From the NCBI GenBank assembly GCA_964016885.1, contig OZ024744.1, positions 31,372,001 through 31,436,000 of the forward strand: a stretch of DNA of 64,000 bases. Reading direction: 5' to 3'. Every line of letters starts with the position of its first letter. Position 1 is the stretch's first letter. This document shows, one piece after another, positions 11,930 through 27,600 of the stretch. The position numbers and the translations under genes were made by a program. This DNA comes from Eledone cirrhosa (Eukaryota). Under the pieces are notes generated by a model. The model was given only the letters and a program-made list of their open reading frames with translations. It was not told where the DNA came from and did no database searches.

Positions 11930-14900
11930 CTAATGTCCTATGTCTTGGCCAACTGAGACGATGGTAAACCCAGTACTAACTAATGTCCTCTGTCATGGCC
12001 AACTGAGACATTGGTAAACCCAGTTCTAACTAATGTCCTATGTCATGGCCATCTGAGACGTTGGTAAACCCAGTACTAACTAATGTCCTCTGTCATAGCC
12101 CACTGAGACGTAGGTAAACCCAGTACTAACTAATGTCCTCTGTCATGGCCAACTGAGACGTTGGTAAATCCCGTAGTAACTAATGTCCTCTCTTATGACC
12201 AACTGAGACGTTGGTAAACCCAGTACAAACTAATGTTCTCTGTCATGGCCAACTGAGACGTAGGTAAACCCAGTACTAACTAATGTCCTCTGTCATGGCC
12301 AACTGAGACATTGGTAAACCCAGTACTAACTAATGTCGTATGTCATGGCCAACTGAGACATTGGTAAACCCAGTACTAACTAATGTCCTATGTCATCGCC
12401 AACTGAGACGTTGGTAAACCCAGTACTAACTAATGTCCTACGTCATGACCAACTGAGACGTTGGTAAACCCAGTACTAACTAATGTCCTCTGTCATGGCC
12501 AACTTAGACGTAGGTAAACCCAGTACTAACTAATGTCCTCTGTCATGGCCAACTGAGACGTTGGTAAACCCAGTACTAACTAATGTCCTCTGTCATTACC
12601 AACTGAGACGTAGGTAAACCCAGTACTAACTCATGTCCTCTGTCATGGCCAACTGAGACGTAGGTAAACCCAGTACTAACTAATGTCCTATGTCATGGCC
12701 AACTGAGACGTTGGTAAACCCAGTATTAACTAATGTCCTATGTCATGACCAACTGAGACATTGGTAAACCCAGTACTAACTAATGTCCTATGTCATGGCC
12801 AACTGAGACGTTGGTAAACCCAGTACTAACTAATGTCTTATGTCATGGCCAACTGAGACATTGGTAAACCCAGTACTAACTAATGTCCTATGTCATGGCC
12901 AACCGAGACGGTGGTAAACCCAGTACTAACCAATGTCCTGTGTCATGGCCAACTGAGATATTGCTAAACCCAGTGTTATCTAATGTCCTATGTCATGACC
13001 AACTGAGACGTTGGTATACCCAGTACTAACGAATGTCCACTGCCATGGCCAACTGAGACATTGGTAAACCCAGTATAAACTAATGACCTATGTCATGGCC
13101 AACTGAGACGTTAGTAAACCCAGTACTAACTAATGTCCTATGTCATGACCAACTGAGACATTGGTAAACCCAGTACTAACTAATGTCCTATGTCATGGCC
13201 AACTGAGACGTTGGTAAATCCAGTACTAACTAATATCCTCTCTCATGACCAACTGAGACGTTGGTAAACCAAGTACTAACTAATGTTCTTTGTCATGGCA
13301 AACTGAGACGTAGGTAAACCCAGTACTAACTAATGTCCTCTGTCATGGCCAACTGAGACATTGGTAAACCAGTACTAACTAATGTCCTATGTCATGACCA
13401 ACTGAGATATTGGTAAACCCAGTACTAACTAATGTCCTATGCCATGGCCAACTGAGACGTTGGTAAATCCAGTACTAACTAATGTCCTCTCTCATGGCCA
13501 ACTGAGACGTTGGTAAACCCAGTATTAACTAATGTCCTATGTCAGGGCCAACTGAGACGATGGTAAACCCAGTACTAACTAATGTCCTATGTCATGGCCA
13601 ACTGAGACATTGGTAAACCCAGTACTATCTAATGTCCTATGTAATGGCACACTGAGACGTTGGTAAACCCAGTACTAATTAATGTCCTCTCTCATGGCCA
13701 ACTGAGACATTGGTAAACCCAGTACTAACTAATGTCCTATGTCATGGCCAACTGAGACGTTAGTAAACCCAGTACTAACTAATGTCCTCTGTCATGGCCA
13801 ACTGGGACGTTGGTAAACCCAGTATTAACTAATGTCCTATGTCTTGGCCAACTGAGACGATGGTAAACCCAGTACTAACTAATGTCCTCTGTCATGGCCA
13901 ACTGAGACATTGGTAAACCCAGTTCTAACTAATGTCCTATGTCATGGCCATCTGAGACGTTGGTAAACCCACTACTAATTAATGTCCTCTTTCATGGCCA
14001 ACTGAGACGTTGGTAAACCCAGTACTAACTAATGTCCTCTGTCATAGACAACTGAGACGTAGGTAAACCCAGTACTAACTAATGTCCTCTGTCATGGCCA
14101 ACTGAGACGTTGGTAAAACCAGTACTAACTAATGTCCTCTGTCATGGCCAACTGAGAGATTGGTAAACCCAGTACTAACTAATGTCCTATGTCATGACCA
14201 ACTGAGACATTGGTAAACCCAGTACTAACTAATGTCCTATGTCATGGCCAACTGAGACGTTGGTAAACCCAGTACTAACTAATGTCCTCTGTCATGGCCA
14301 ACTGAGACGTTGGTAAACCCAGTATTAACTAATGTCCTATGTCTTGGCCAACTGAGACGATGGTAAACCCAGTACTAACTAATGTCCTCTGTCATGGCCA
14401 ACTGAGACATTGGTAAACCCAGTTCTAACTAATGTCCTATGTCATGGCCATCTGAGACGTTGGTAAACCCAGTACTAATTAATGTCCTCTCTCATGGCCA
14501 ACTGAGACGTTGGTAAACCCAGTACTAACTAATGTCCTCTGTCATAGCCCACTGAGACGTAGGTAAACCCAGTACTAACTAATGTCCTCTGTCATGGCCA
14601 ACTGAGACGTTGGTAAATCCCGTAGTAACTAATGTCCTCTCTTATGACCAACTGAGACGTTGGTAAACCCAGTACAAACTAATGTTCTCTGTCATAGCCA
14701 ACTGAGACGTAGGTAAACCCAGTACTAACTAATGTCCTCTGTCATGGCCAACTGAGACATTGGTAAACCCAGTACTAACTAATGTCGTATGTCATGGCCA
14801 ACTGAGACATTGGTAAACCCAGTACTAACTAATGTCCTATGTCATCGCCAACTGAGACGTTGGTAAACCCAGTACTAACTAATGTCCTACGTCATGACCA

Positions 14901-17900
14901 ACTGAGACGTTGGTAAACCCAGTACTAACTAATGTCCTCTGTCATGGCCAACTTAGACGTAGGTAAACCCAGTACTATCTAATGTCCTCTGTCATGGCCA
15001 TCTGAGACGTTGGTAAACCCAGTACTAACTAATGTCCTCTATCATTACCAACTGAGACGTAGGTAAACCCAGTACTAACTCATGTCCTCTGTCATGGCCA
15101 ACTGAGACGTAGGTAAACCCAGTACTAACTAATGTCCTATGTCATGGCCAACTGAGACGTTGGTAAACCCAGTATTAACTAATGTCCTATGTCATGACCA
15201 AATGAGACATTGGTAAACCCAGTACTAACTAATGTCCTATGTCATGGCCAACTGAGACGTTGGTAAACCCAGTACTAACTAATGTCTTATGTCATGGCCA
15301 ACTGAGACATTGGTAAACCCAGTACTAACTAATGTCCTATGTCATGGCCAACCGAGACGGTGGTAAACCCAGTACTAACTAATGTCCTGTGTCATGGCCA
15401 ACTGAGATATTGCTAAACCCAGTGTTATCTAATGTCCTATGTCATGACCAACTGAGACGTTGGTATACCCAGTACTAACGAATGTCCTCTGTCATGGCCA
15501 ACTGAGACATTGGTAAACCCAGTATAAACTAATGACCTATGTCATGGCCAACTGAGACGTTAGTAAACCCAGTACTAACTAATGTCCTATGTCTTGGCCA
15601 ACTGAGACGATGGTAAACCCAGTACTAACTAATGTCCTCTGTCATGGCCAACTGAGACATTGGTAAACCCAGTTCTAACTAATGTCCTATGTCATGGCCA
15701 TCTGAGACGTTGGTAAACCCAGTACTAACTAATGTCCTCTGTCATAGCCCACTGAGACGTAGGTAAACCCAGTACTAACTAATGTCCTCTGTCATGGCCA
15801 ACTGAGACGTTGGTAAATCCCGTAGTAACTAATGTCCTCTCTTATGACCAACTGAGACGTTGGTAAACCCAGTACAAACTAATGTTCTCTGTCATGGCCA
15901 ACTGAGACGTAGGTAAACCCAGTACTAACTAATGTCCTCTGTCATGGCCAACTGAGACATTGGTAAACCCAGTACTAACTAATGTCGTATGTCATGGCCA
16001 ACTGAGACATTGGTAAACCCAGTACTAACTAATGTCCTATGTCATCGCCAACTGAGACGTTGGTAAACCCAGTACTAACTAATGTCCTACGTCATGACCA
16101 ACTGAGACGTTGGTAAACCCAGTACTAACTAATGTCCTCTGTCATGGCCAACTTAGACGTAGGTAAACCCAGTACTAACTAATGTCCTCTGTCATGGCCA
16201 ACTGAGACGTTGGTAAACCCAGTACTAACTAATGTCCTCTGTCATTACCAACTGAGACGTAGGTAAACCCAGTACTAACTCATGTCCTCTGTCATGGCCA
16301 ACTGAGACGTAGGTAAACCCAGTACTAACTAATGTCCTATGTCATGGCCAACTGAGACGTTGGTAAACCCAGTATTAACTAATGTCCTATGTCATGACCA
16401 ACTGAGACATTGGTAAACCCAGTACTAACTAATGTCCTATGTCATGGCCAACTGAGACGTTGGTAAACCCAGTACTAACTAATGTCTTATGTCATGGCCA
16501 ACTGAGACATTGGTAAACCCAGTACTAACTAATGTCCTATGTCATGGCCAACCGAGACGGTGGTAAACCCAGTACTAACCAATGTCCTGTGTCATGGCCA
16601 ACTGAGATATTGCTAAACCCAGTGTTATCTAATGTCCTATGTCATGACCAACTGAGACGTTGGTATACCCAGTACTAACGAATGTCCACTGCCATGGCCA
16701 ACTGAGACATTGGTAAACCCAGTATAAACTAATGACCTATGTCATGGCCAACTGAGACGTTAGTAAACCCAGTACTAACTAATGTCCTATGTCATGACCA
16801 ACTGAGACATTGGTAAACCCAGTACTAACTAATGTCCTATGTCATGGCCAACTGAGACGTTGGTAAATCCAGTACTAACTAATATCCTCTCTCATGACCA
16901 ACTGAGACGTTGGTAAACCAAGTACTAACTAATGTTCTTTGTCATGGCAAACTGAGACGTAGGTAAACCCAGTACTAACTAATGTCCTCTGTCATGGCCA
17001 ACTGAGACATTGGTAAACCAGTACTAACTAATGTCCTATGTCATGACCAACTGAGATATTGGTAAACCCAGTACTAACTAATGTCCTATGCCATGGCCAA
17101 CTGAGACGTTGGTAAATCCAGTACTAACTAATGTCCTCTCTCATGGCCAACTGAGACGTTGGTAAACCCAGTATTAACTAATGTCCTATGTCAGGGCCAA
17201 CTGAGACGATGGTAAACCCAGTACTAACTAATGTCCTATGTCATGGCCAACTGAGACATTGGTAAACCCAGTACTATCTAATGTCCTATGTAATGGCACA
17301 CTGAGACGTTGGTAAACCCAGTACTAATTAATGTCCTCTCTCATGGCCAACTGAGACATTGGTAAACCCAGTACTAACTAATGTCCTATGTCATGGCCAA
17401 CTGAGACGTTAGTAAACCCAGTACTAACTAATGTCCTCTGTCATGGCCAACTGGGACGTTGGTAAACCCAGTATTAACTAATGTCCTATGTCTTGGCCAA
17501 CTGAGACGATGGTAAACCCAGTACTAACTAATGTCCTCTGTCATGGCCAACTGAGACATTGGTAAACCCAGTTCTAACTAATGTCCTATGTCATGGCCAT
17601 CTGAGACGTTGGTAAACCCACTACTAATTAATGTCCTCTTTCATGGCCAACTGAGACGTTGGTAAACCCAGTACTAACTAATGTCCTCTGTCATAGACAA
17701 CTGAGACGTAGGTAAACCCAGTACTAACTAATGTCCTCTGTCATGGCCAACTGAGACGTTGGTAAACCCAGTACTAACTAATGTCCTCTGTCATGGCCAA
17801 CTGAGAGATTGGTAAACCCAGTACTAACTAATGTCCTATGTCATGACCAACTGAGACATTGGTAAACCCAGTACTAACTAATGTCCTATGTCATGGCCAA

Positions 17901-19230
17901 CTGAGACGTTGGTAAACCCAGTACTAACTAATGTCCTCTGTCATGGCCAACTGAGACGTTGGTAAACCCAGTATTAACTAATGTCCTATGTCTTGGCCAA
18001 CTGAGACGATGGTAAACCCAGTACTAACTAATGTCCTCTGTCATGGCCAACTGAGACATTGGTAAACCCAGTTCTAACTAATGTCCTATGTCATGGCCAT
18101 CTGAGACGTTGGTAAACCCAGTACTAATTGATGTCCTCTCTCATGGCCAACTGAGACGTTGGTAAACCCAGTACTAACTAATGTCCTCTGTCATAGCCCA
18201 CTGAGACGTAGGTAAACCCAGTACTAACTAATGTCCTCTGTCATGGCCAACTGAGACGTTGGTAAATCCCGTAGTAACTAATGTCCTCTCTTATGACCAA
18301 CTGAGACGTTGGTAAACCCAGTACAAACTAATGTTCTCTGTCATAGCCAACTGAGACGTAGGTAAACCCAGTACTAACTAATGTCCTCTGTCATGGCCAA
18401 CTGAGACATTGGTAAACCCAGTACTAACTAATGTCGTATGTCATGGCCAACTGAGACATTGGTAAACCCAGTACTAACTAATGTCCTATGTCATCGCCAA
18501 CTGAGACGTTGGTAAACCCAGTACTAACTAATGTCCTACGTCATGACCAACTGAGACGTTGGTAAACCCAGTACTAACTAATGTCCTCTGTCATGGCCAA
18601 CTTAGACGTAGGTAAACCCAGTACTATCTAATGTCCTCTGTCATGGCCATCTGAGACGTTGGTAAACCCAGTACTAACTAATGTCCTCTATCATTACCAA
18701 CTGAGACGTAGGTAAACCCAGTACTAACTCATGTCCTCTGTCATGGCCAACTGAGACGTAGGTAAACCCAGTACTAACTAATGTCCTATGTCATGGCCAA
18801 CTGAGACGTTGGTAAACCCAGTATTAACTAATGTCCTATGTCATGACCAAATGAGACATTGGTAAACCCAGTACTAACTAATGTCCTATGTCATGGCCAA
18901 CTGAGACGTTGGTAAACCCAGTACTAACTAATGTCTTATGTCATGGCCAACTGAGACATTGGTAAACCCAGTACTAACTAATGTCCTATGTCATGGCCAA
19001 CCGAGACGGTGGTAAACCCAGTACTAACTAATGTCCTGTGTCATGGCCAACTGAGATATTGCTAAACCCAGTGTTATCTAATGTCCTATGTCATGACCAA
19101 CTGAGACGTTGGTATACCCAGTACTAACGAATGTCCTCTGTCATGGCCAACTGAGACATTGGTAAACCCAGTATAAACTAATGACCTATGTCATGGCCAA
19201 CTGAGACGTTAGTAAACCCAGTACTAACTA
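11930..19230. repeat. Tandem higher-order duplication, period 3649 bp (73 monomers - 1 bp), junction near 15580
   Basis: ATAGCCCACTG at ~12101/15750 and ~14550/18199; GAATGTCCACTGCC 13031/16680; 1-bp deletion AAACCAG 13366/17015. Confidence 0.92.
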
Positions 19231-21190
19231 ATGTCCTATGTCATGACCAACTGAGACATTGGTAAACCCAGTACTAACTAATGTCCTATGTCATGGCCAA
19301 CTGAGACGTTGGTAAATCCAGTACTAACTAATATCCTCTCTCATGACCAACTGAGACGTTGGTAAACCAAGTACTAACTAATGTTCTTTGTCATGGCCAA
19401 CTGAGACGTAGGTAAACCCAGTACTAACTAATGTCCTCTGTCATGGCCAACTGAGACATTGGTAAACCAGTACTAACTAATGTCCTATGTCATGACCAAC
19501 TGAGATATTGGTAAACCCAGTACTAACTAATGTCCTATGCCATGGCCAACTGAGACGTTGGTAAATCCAGTACTAACTAATGTCCTCTCTCATGGCCAAC
19601 TGAGACGTTGGTAAACCCAGTATTAACTAATGTCCTATGTCATGGCCAACTGAGACGATGGTAAACCCAGTACTAACTAATGTCCTATGTCATGGCCAAC
19701 TGAGACATTGGTAAACCCAGTACTATCTAATGTCCTATGTAATGGCACACTGAGACGTTGGTAAACCCAGTACTAATTAATGTCCTCTCTCATGGCCAAC
19801 TGAGACATTGGTAAACCCAGTACTAACTAATGTCCTATGTCATGGCCAACTGAGACGTTGGTAAACCCAGTACTAACTAATGTCCTCTGTCATGGCCAAC
19901 TGGGACGTTGGTAAACCCAGTATTAACTAATGTCCTATGTCTTGGCCAACTGAGACGATGGTAAACCCAGTACTAACTAATGTCCTCTGTCATGGCCAAC
20001 TGAGACATTGGTAAACCCAGTTCTAACTAATGTCCTATGTCATGGCCATCTGAGACGTTGGTAAACCCAGTACTAATTAATGTCTTATGTCATGGCCAAC
20101 CGAGACGGTGGTAAACCCAGTACTAACTAATGTCCTGTGTCATGGCCAACTGAGATATTGCTAAACCCAGTGTTATCTAATGTCCTATGTCATGACCAAC
20201 TGAGACGTTGGTATACCCAGTACTAACGAATGTCCTCTGTCATGGCCAACTGAGACATTGGTAAACCCAGTATAAACTAATGACCTATGTCATGGCCAAC
20301 TGAGACGTTAGTAAACCCAGTACTAACTAATGTCCTATGTCATGACCAACTGAGACATTGGTAAACCCAGTACTAACTAATGTCCTATGTCATGGCCAAC
20401 TGAGACGTTGGTAAATCCAGTACTAACTAATATCCTCTCTCATGACCAACTGAGACGTTGGTAAACCAAGTACTAACTAATGTTCTTTGTCATGGCCAAC
20501 TGAGACGTAGGTAAACCCAGTACTAACTAATGTCCTCTGTCATGGCCAACTGAGACATTGGTAAACCAGTACTAACTAATGTCCTATGTCATGACCAACT
20601 GAGATATTGGTAAACCCAGTACTAACTAATGTCCTATGCCATGGCCAACTGAGACGTTGGTAAATCCAGTACTAACTAATGTCCTCTCTCATGGCCAACT
20701 GAGACGTTGGTAAACCCAGTATTAACTAATGTCCTATGTCATGGCCAACTGAGACGATGGTAAACCCAGTACTAACTAATGTCCTATGTCATGGCCAACT
20801 GAGACATTGGTAAACCCAGTACTATCTAATGTCCTATGTAATGGCACACTGAGACGTTGGTAAACCCAGTACTAATTAATGTCCTCTCTCATGGCCAACT
20901 GAGACATTGGTAAACCCAGTACTAACTAATGTCCTATGTCATGGCCAACTGAGACGTTGGTAAACCCAGTACTAACTAATGTCCTCTGTCATGGCCAACT
21001 GGGACGTTGGTAAACCCAGTATTAACTAATGTCCTATGTCTTGGCCAACTGAGACGATGGTAAACCCAGTACTAACTAATGTCCTCTGTCATGGCCAACT
21101 GAGACATTGGTAAACCCAGTTCTAACTAATGTCCTATGTCATGGCCATCTGAGACGTTGGTAAACCCAGTACTAATTAATGTCCTCTTTC
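19000..21190. repeat. Tandem higher-order duplication, period 1099 bp (22 monomers - 1 bp)
   Basis: CCGAGACGGTGG 19001/20100; AAACCAG deletion 19464/20563; same intervening order of variant monomers. Confidence 0.9.
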
Positions 21191-21639
21191 ATGGCCAACT
21201 GAGACGTTGGTAAACCCAGTACTAACTAATGTCCTCTGTCATAGACAACTGAGACGTAGGTAAACCCAGTACTAACTAATGTCCTATGTCATGGCCAACT
21301 GAGACATTGGTAAACCCAGTACTATCTAATGTCCTATGTCATGGCCAACTGAGACGTTGGGAAACCCAGTACTAACTAATGTCCTCTGTCATGGCCAACT
21401 GAGAGATTGGTAAACCCAGTACTAACTAATGTCCTATGTCATGACCAACTGAGACATTGGTAAACCTAGTACTAACTAATGTCCAATGTCATGGCCAACT
21501 GAGACGTTGGTAAACCCAATACTAACTAATGTCCTCTGTCATAGCCAACTGAGACGTAGGTAAAGCCAGTACTAACTAATGTCCTCTGTCATGGCCAACT
21601 GAAACGTTGGTAAACCCAGTACTAACTAATGTCCTCTGT

Positions 21640-24600
21640 CATGGCCAACTGAGATATTGCTAAACCCAGTATTATCTAATGTCCTATGTCATGACCAACT
21701 GAGACGTTGGTAAACCCAGTACTAACTAACGTCCTATGTCATGGCCAACAGAGACTTTGGTAAACCCAGTACTAACTAATGTCCTCTGTCATGGCCAACT
21801 GTGACGTTGGTAAACACAGTACTAACTAATGTCCTATGTTATGGCCAACTGAGATGTTGGTAAACCCAGTACTAACTAATGTCCTCTGTCATGGCCAACT
21901 GAGACATTGGTAAACCCAGTACTAACTAATGTCCTATGTCATGGCCAACTGAGACGTTGGTAAACCCAGAACTAACAAATATCATATATCATGACCAACT
22001 GAGACGTTGGTAAACCCAGTACTAACTAATGTCCTCTGTCATGGCCAACTGAGAGATTGGTAAACCCAGTACTAACTAATGTCCTATGTCATGACCAACT
22101 GAGACATTGGTAAACCCAGTACTAACTAATGTCCTATGTCATGGCCAACTGAGACGTTGGTAAACCCAGTACTAACTAATGTCCTCTGTCATGGCCAACT
22201 GAGACGTTGGTAAACCCAGTATTAACTAATGTCCTATGTCTTGGCCAACTGAGACGATGGTAAACCCAGTACTAAATAATGTCCTCTGTCATGGTCAACT
22301 GAGACATTGGTAAACCCAGTTCTAACTAATGTCCTATGTCATGGCCATCTGAGACGTTGGTAAACCCAGTACTAATTAATGTCCTCTCTCATGGCCAACT
22401 GAGACGTTGGTAAACCCAGTACTAACTAATGTCCTCTGTCATAGCCCACTGAGACGTAGGTAAACCCAGTACTAACTAATGTCCTCTGTCATGGCCAACT
22501 GAGACGTTGGTAAATCCCGTACTAACTAATGTCCTCTCTTATGACCAACTGAGACGTTGGTAAACCCAGTACAAACTAATGTTCTCTATCATGGCCAACT
22601 GAGACGTAGGTAAACCCAGTACTAACTAATGTCCTCTGTCATGGCCAACTGAGACATTGGTAAACCCAGTACTAACTAATGTCGTATGTCATGGCCAACT
22701 GAGACATTGGTAAACCCAGTACTAACTAATGTCCTATGTCATCGCCAACTGAGACGTTGGTAAACCCAGTACTAACTAATGTCCTACGTCATGACCAACT
22801 GAGACGTTGGTAAACCCAGTACTAACTAATGTCCTCTGTCATGGCCAACTTAGACGTAGGTAAACCCAGTACTAACTAATGTCCTCTGTCATGGCCAACT
22901 GAGACGTTGGTAAACCCAGAACTAACTAATGTCCTCTGTCATTACCAACTGAGACGTAGGTAAACCCAGGACTAACTCATGTCCTCTGTCATGGCCAACT
23001 GAGACGTAGGTAAACCCAGTACTAACTAATGTCCTATGTCATGGCCAACTGAGACGTTGGTAAACCCAGTATTAACTAATGTCCTATGTCATGACCAACT
23101 GAGACATTGGTAAACCCAGTACTAACTAATGTCCTATGTCATGGCCAACTGAGACGTTGGTAAACCCAGTACTAACTAATGTCTTATGTCATGGCCAACT
23201 GAGACATTGGTAAACCCAGTACTAACTAATGTCCTATGTCATGGCCAACCGAGACGGTGGTAAACCCAGTACTAACTAATGTCCTGTGTCATGGCCAACT
23301 GAGATATTGCTAAACCCAGTGTTATCTAATGTCCTATGTCATGACCAACTGAGACGTTGGTATACCCAGTACTAACGAATGTCCTCTGTCATGGCCAACT
23401 GAGACATTGGTAAACCCAGTATAAACTAATGACCTATGTCATGGCCAACTGAGACGTTAGTAAACCCAGTACTAACTAATGTCCTATGTAATGACCAACT
23501 GAGACGTTGGTAAATCCAGTACTAACTAATATCCTCTCTCATGACCAACTGAGACGTTGGTAAACCAAGTACTAACTAATGTTCTTTGTCATGGCCAACT
23601 GAGACGTAGGTAAACCCAGTACTAACTAATGTCCTCTCTCATGGCCAACTGAGACAATGGTAAACCAGTACTAACTAATGTCCTATGTCATGACCAACTG
23701 AGATATTGGTAAACCCAGTACTAACTAATGTTTTATGCCATGGCCAACTGAGACGTTGGTAAATCCAGTACTAACTAATGTCCTCTCTCATGGCCAACTG
23801 AGACGTTGGTAAACCCAGTATTAACTAATGTCCTATGTCATGGCCAACTGAGACGATGGTAAACCCAGTACTAACTAATGTCCTATGTCATGGCCAACTG
23901 AGACATTGGTAAACCCAGTACTATCTAATGTCCTATGTAATGGCACACTGAGACGTTGGTAAACCCAGTACTAATTAATGTCCTCTGTCATGGCCAACTG
24001 AGACGTTGGTAAACCCAGTACTAACTAATGTCCTCTTTCATAGCCAACTGAGACGTAGGTAAACCCAGTACTAACTAATGTCCTCTGTCATGGCCAACTG
24101 AGACGTTGGTAAACCCAGTACTAACTAATGTCCTCTGTCATGGCCAACTGAGACGTTGGTAAACCTAGTACTAACTAATGTCCTCTGTCATGGCCAACTG
24201 AGACGTTGGTAAACCCAGTACTAACTAATGTCCTATGTCATGGCCAACTGAGTCGTTGGTAAACCCAGTACTATCTAATTTCCTATGTCATGACCGACTG
24301 AGACGTTGGTAAACCCAGTACTAACTAATGTCCTCTGTCATGGCCAACTAGGACATTCGTAAACCCAGTACTAACTAATGTCCTCTGTTATGGCCAACTG
24401 AGAGATTGGTAAACCCAGTACTAACTAATGCCCTATGACATGACCAACTGAGACATTGGTAAACCCAGTACTAACTAATGTCCTATGTCATTGCCAACTG
24501 AGACGTTGGTAAACCCAGTACTAACTAATGTCCTCTGTCATGGCCAATTGAGACATTGGTAAACCCAGTACTAACTAATGTCCTATGTCATGACCAACTG

Positions 24601-27600
24601 AGACATTGGTAAACCCAGTACTAACTAATGTCCTCTGTCATGGCCAATTGAGACATTGGTAAACCCAGTACTAACTAATGTCCTATGTCATGACCAACTG
24701 AGACATTGGTAAACCCAGTACTAACTAATGTCCTATGTCATTGCCAACTGAGACGTTGGTAAACCCAGTACTAACTAATGTCCTCTGTCATGGCCAATTG
24801 AGACATTGGTAAACCCAGTACTAACTAATGTCCTATGTCATGACCAACTGAGATATTGGTAAACCCAGTACTAACTAATGTCCTATGCCATGGCCAACTG
24901 AGACGTTGGTAAATCCAGTACTAACTAATGTCCTCTCTCATGGCCAACTGAGACGTTGGTAAACCCAGTATTAACTAATGTCCTATGTCAGGGCCAACTG
25001 AGACGATGGTAAACCCAGTACTAACTAATGTCCTATGTCATGGCCAACTGAGACATTGGTAAACCCAGTACTATCTAATGTCCTATGTAATGGCACACTG
25101 AGACGTTGGTAAACCCAGTACTAATTAATGTCCTCTCTCATGGCCAACTGAGACATTGGTAAACCCAGTACTAACTAATGTCCTATGTCATGGCCAACTG
25201 AGACGTTAGTAAACCCAGTACTAACTAATGTCCTCTGTCATGGCCAACTGGGACGTTGGTAAACCCAGTATTAACTAATGTCCTATGTCTTGGCCAACTG
25301 AGACGATGGTAAACTCAGTACTAACTAATGTCCTCTCTCATGGCCAACTGAGACATTGGTAAACCCAGTTCTAACTAATGTCCTATGTCATGGCCATCTG
25401 AGACGTTGGTAAACCCACTACTAATTAATGTCCTCTTTCATGGCCAACTGAGACGTTTGTAAACCCAGTACTAACTAATGTCCTCTGTCATAGACAACTG
25501 AGACGTAGGTAAACCCAGTACTAACTAATGTCCTCTGTCATGGCCAACTGAGACGTTGGTAAACCCAGTACTAACTAATGTCCTCTGTCATGGCCAACTG
25601 AGAGATTGGTAAACCCAGTACTAACTAATGTCCTATGTCATGACCAACTGAGACATTGGTAAACCCAGTACTAACTAATGTCCTATGTCATGGCCAACTG
25701 AGACGTTGGTAAACCCAGTACTAACTAATGTCCTCTGTCATGGCCAACTGAGACGTTGGTAAACCCAGTATTAACTAATGTCCTATGTCTTGGCCAACTG
25801 AGACGATGGTAAACCCAGTACTAACTAATGTCCTCTGTCATGGCCAACTGAGACATTGGTAAACCCAGTTCTAACTAATGTCCTATGTCATGGCCATCTG
25901 AGACGTTGGTAAACCCAGTACTAATTAATGTCCTCTCTCATGGCCAACTGAGACGTTGGTAAACCCAGTACTAACTAATGTCCTCTGTCATAGCCCACTG
26001 AGACGTAGGTAAACCCAGTACTAACTAATGTCCTCTGTCATGGCCAACTGAGACGTTGGTAAATCCCGTAGTAACTAATGTCCTCTCTTATGACCAACTG
26101 AGACGTTGGTAAACCCAGTACAAACTAATGTTCTCTGTCATAGCCAACTGAGACGTAGGTAAACCCAGTACTAACTAATGTCCTCTGTCATGGCCAACTG
26201 AGACATTGGTAAACCCAGTACTAACTAATGTCGTATGTCATGGCCAACTGAGACATTGGTAAACCCAGTACTAACTAATGTCCTATGTCATTGCCAACTG
26301 AGACGTTGGTAAACCCAGTACTAACTAATGTCCTCTATCATTACCAACTGAGACGTAGGTAAACCCAGTACTATCTCATGTCCTCTGTCATGGCCAACTG
26401 AGACGTAGGTAAACCCAGTACTAACTAATGTCCTATGTCATGGCCAACTGAGACGTTGGTAAACCCAGTATTAACTAATGTCCTATGTCATGACCAAATG
26501 AGACATTGGTAAACCCAGTACTAACTAATGTCCTATGTCATGGCCAACTGAGACGTTGGTAAACCCAGTACTAACTAATGTCTTATGTCATGGCCAACTG
26601 AGACATTGGTAAACCCAGTACTAACTAATGTCCTATGTCATGGCCAACCGAGACGGTGGTAAACCCAGTACTAACTAATGTCCTGTGTCATGGCCAACTG
26701 AGATATTGCTAAACCCAGTGTTATCTAATGTCCTATGTCATGACCAACTGAGACGTTGGTATACCCAGTACTAACGAATGTCCTCTGTCATGGCCAACTG
26801 AGACATTGGTAAACCCAGTATAAACTAATGACCTATGTCATGGCCAACTGAGACGTTAGTAAACCCAGTACTAACTAATGTCCTATGTCATGACCAACTG
26901 AGACATTGGTAAACCCAGTACTAACTAATGTCCTATGTCATGGCCAACTGAGACGTTGGTAAATCCAGTACTAACTAATATCCTCTCTCATGACCAACTG
27001 AGACGTTGGTAAACCAAGTACTAACTAATGTTTTTTGTCATGGCCAACTGAGACGTAGGTAAACCCAGTACTAACTAATGTCCTCTGTCATGGCCAACTG
27101 AGACATTGGTAAACCAGTACTAACTAATGTCCTATGTCATGACCAACTGAGATATTGGTAAACCCAGTACTAACTAATGTCCTATGCCATGGCCAACTGA
27201 GACGTTGGTAAATCCAGTACTAACTAATGTCCTCTCTCATAGCCAACTGAGACGTTGGTAAACCCAGTATTAACTAATGTCCTATGTCATGGCCAACTGA
27301 GACGATGGTAAACCCAGTACTAACTAATGTCCTATGTCATGGCCAACTGAGACATTGGTAAACCCAGTACTATCTAATGTCCTATGTAATGGCACACTGA
27401 GACGTTGGTAAACCCAGTACTAATTAATGTCCTCTCTCATGGCCAACTGAGACATTGGTAAACCCAGTACTAACTAATGTCCTATGTCATGGCCAACTGA
27501 GACGTTGGTAAACCCAGTACTAACTAATGTCCTCTGTCATGGCCAACTGGGACGTTGGTAAACCCAGTATTAACTAATGTCCTATGTCTTGGCCAACTGA

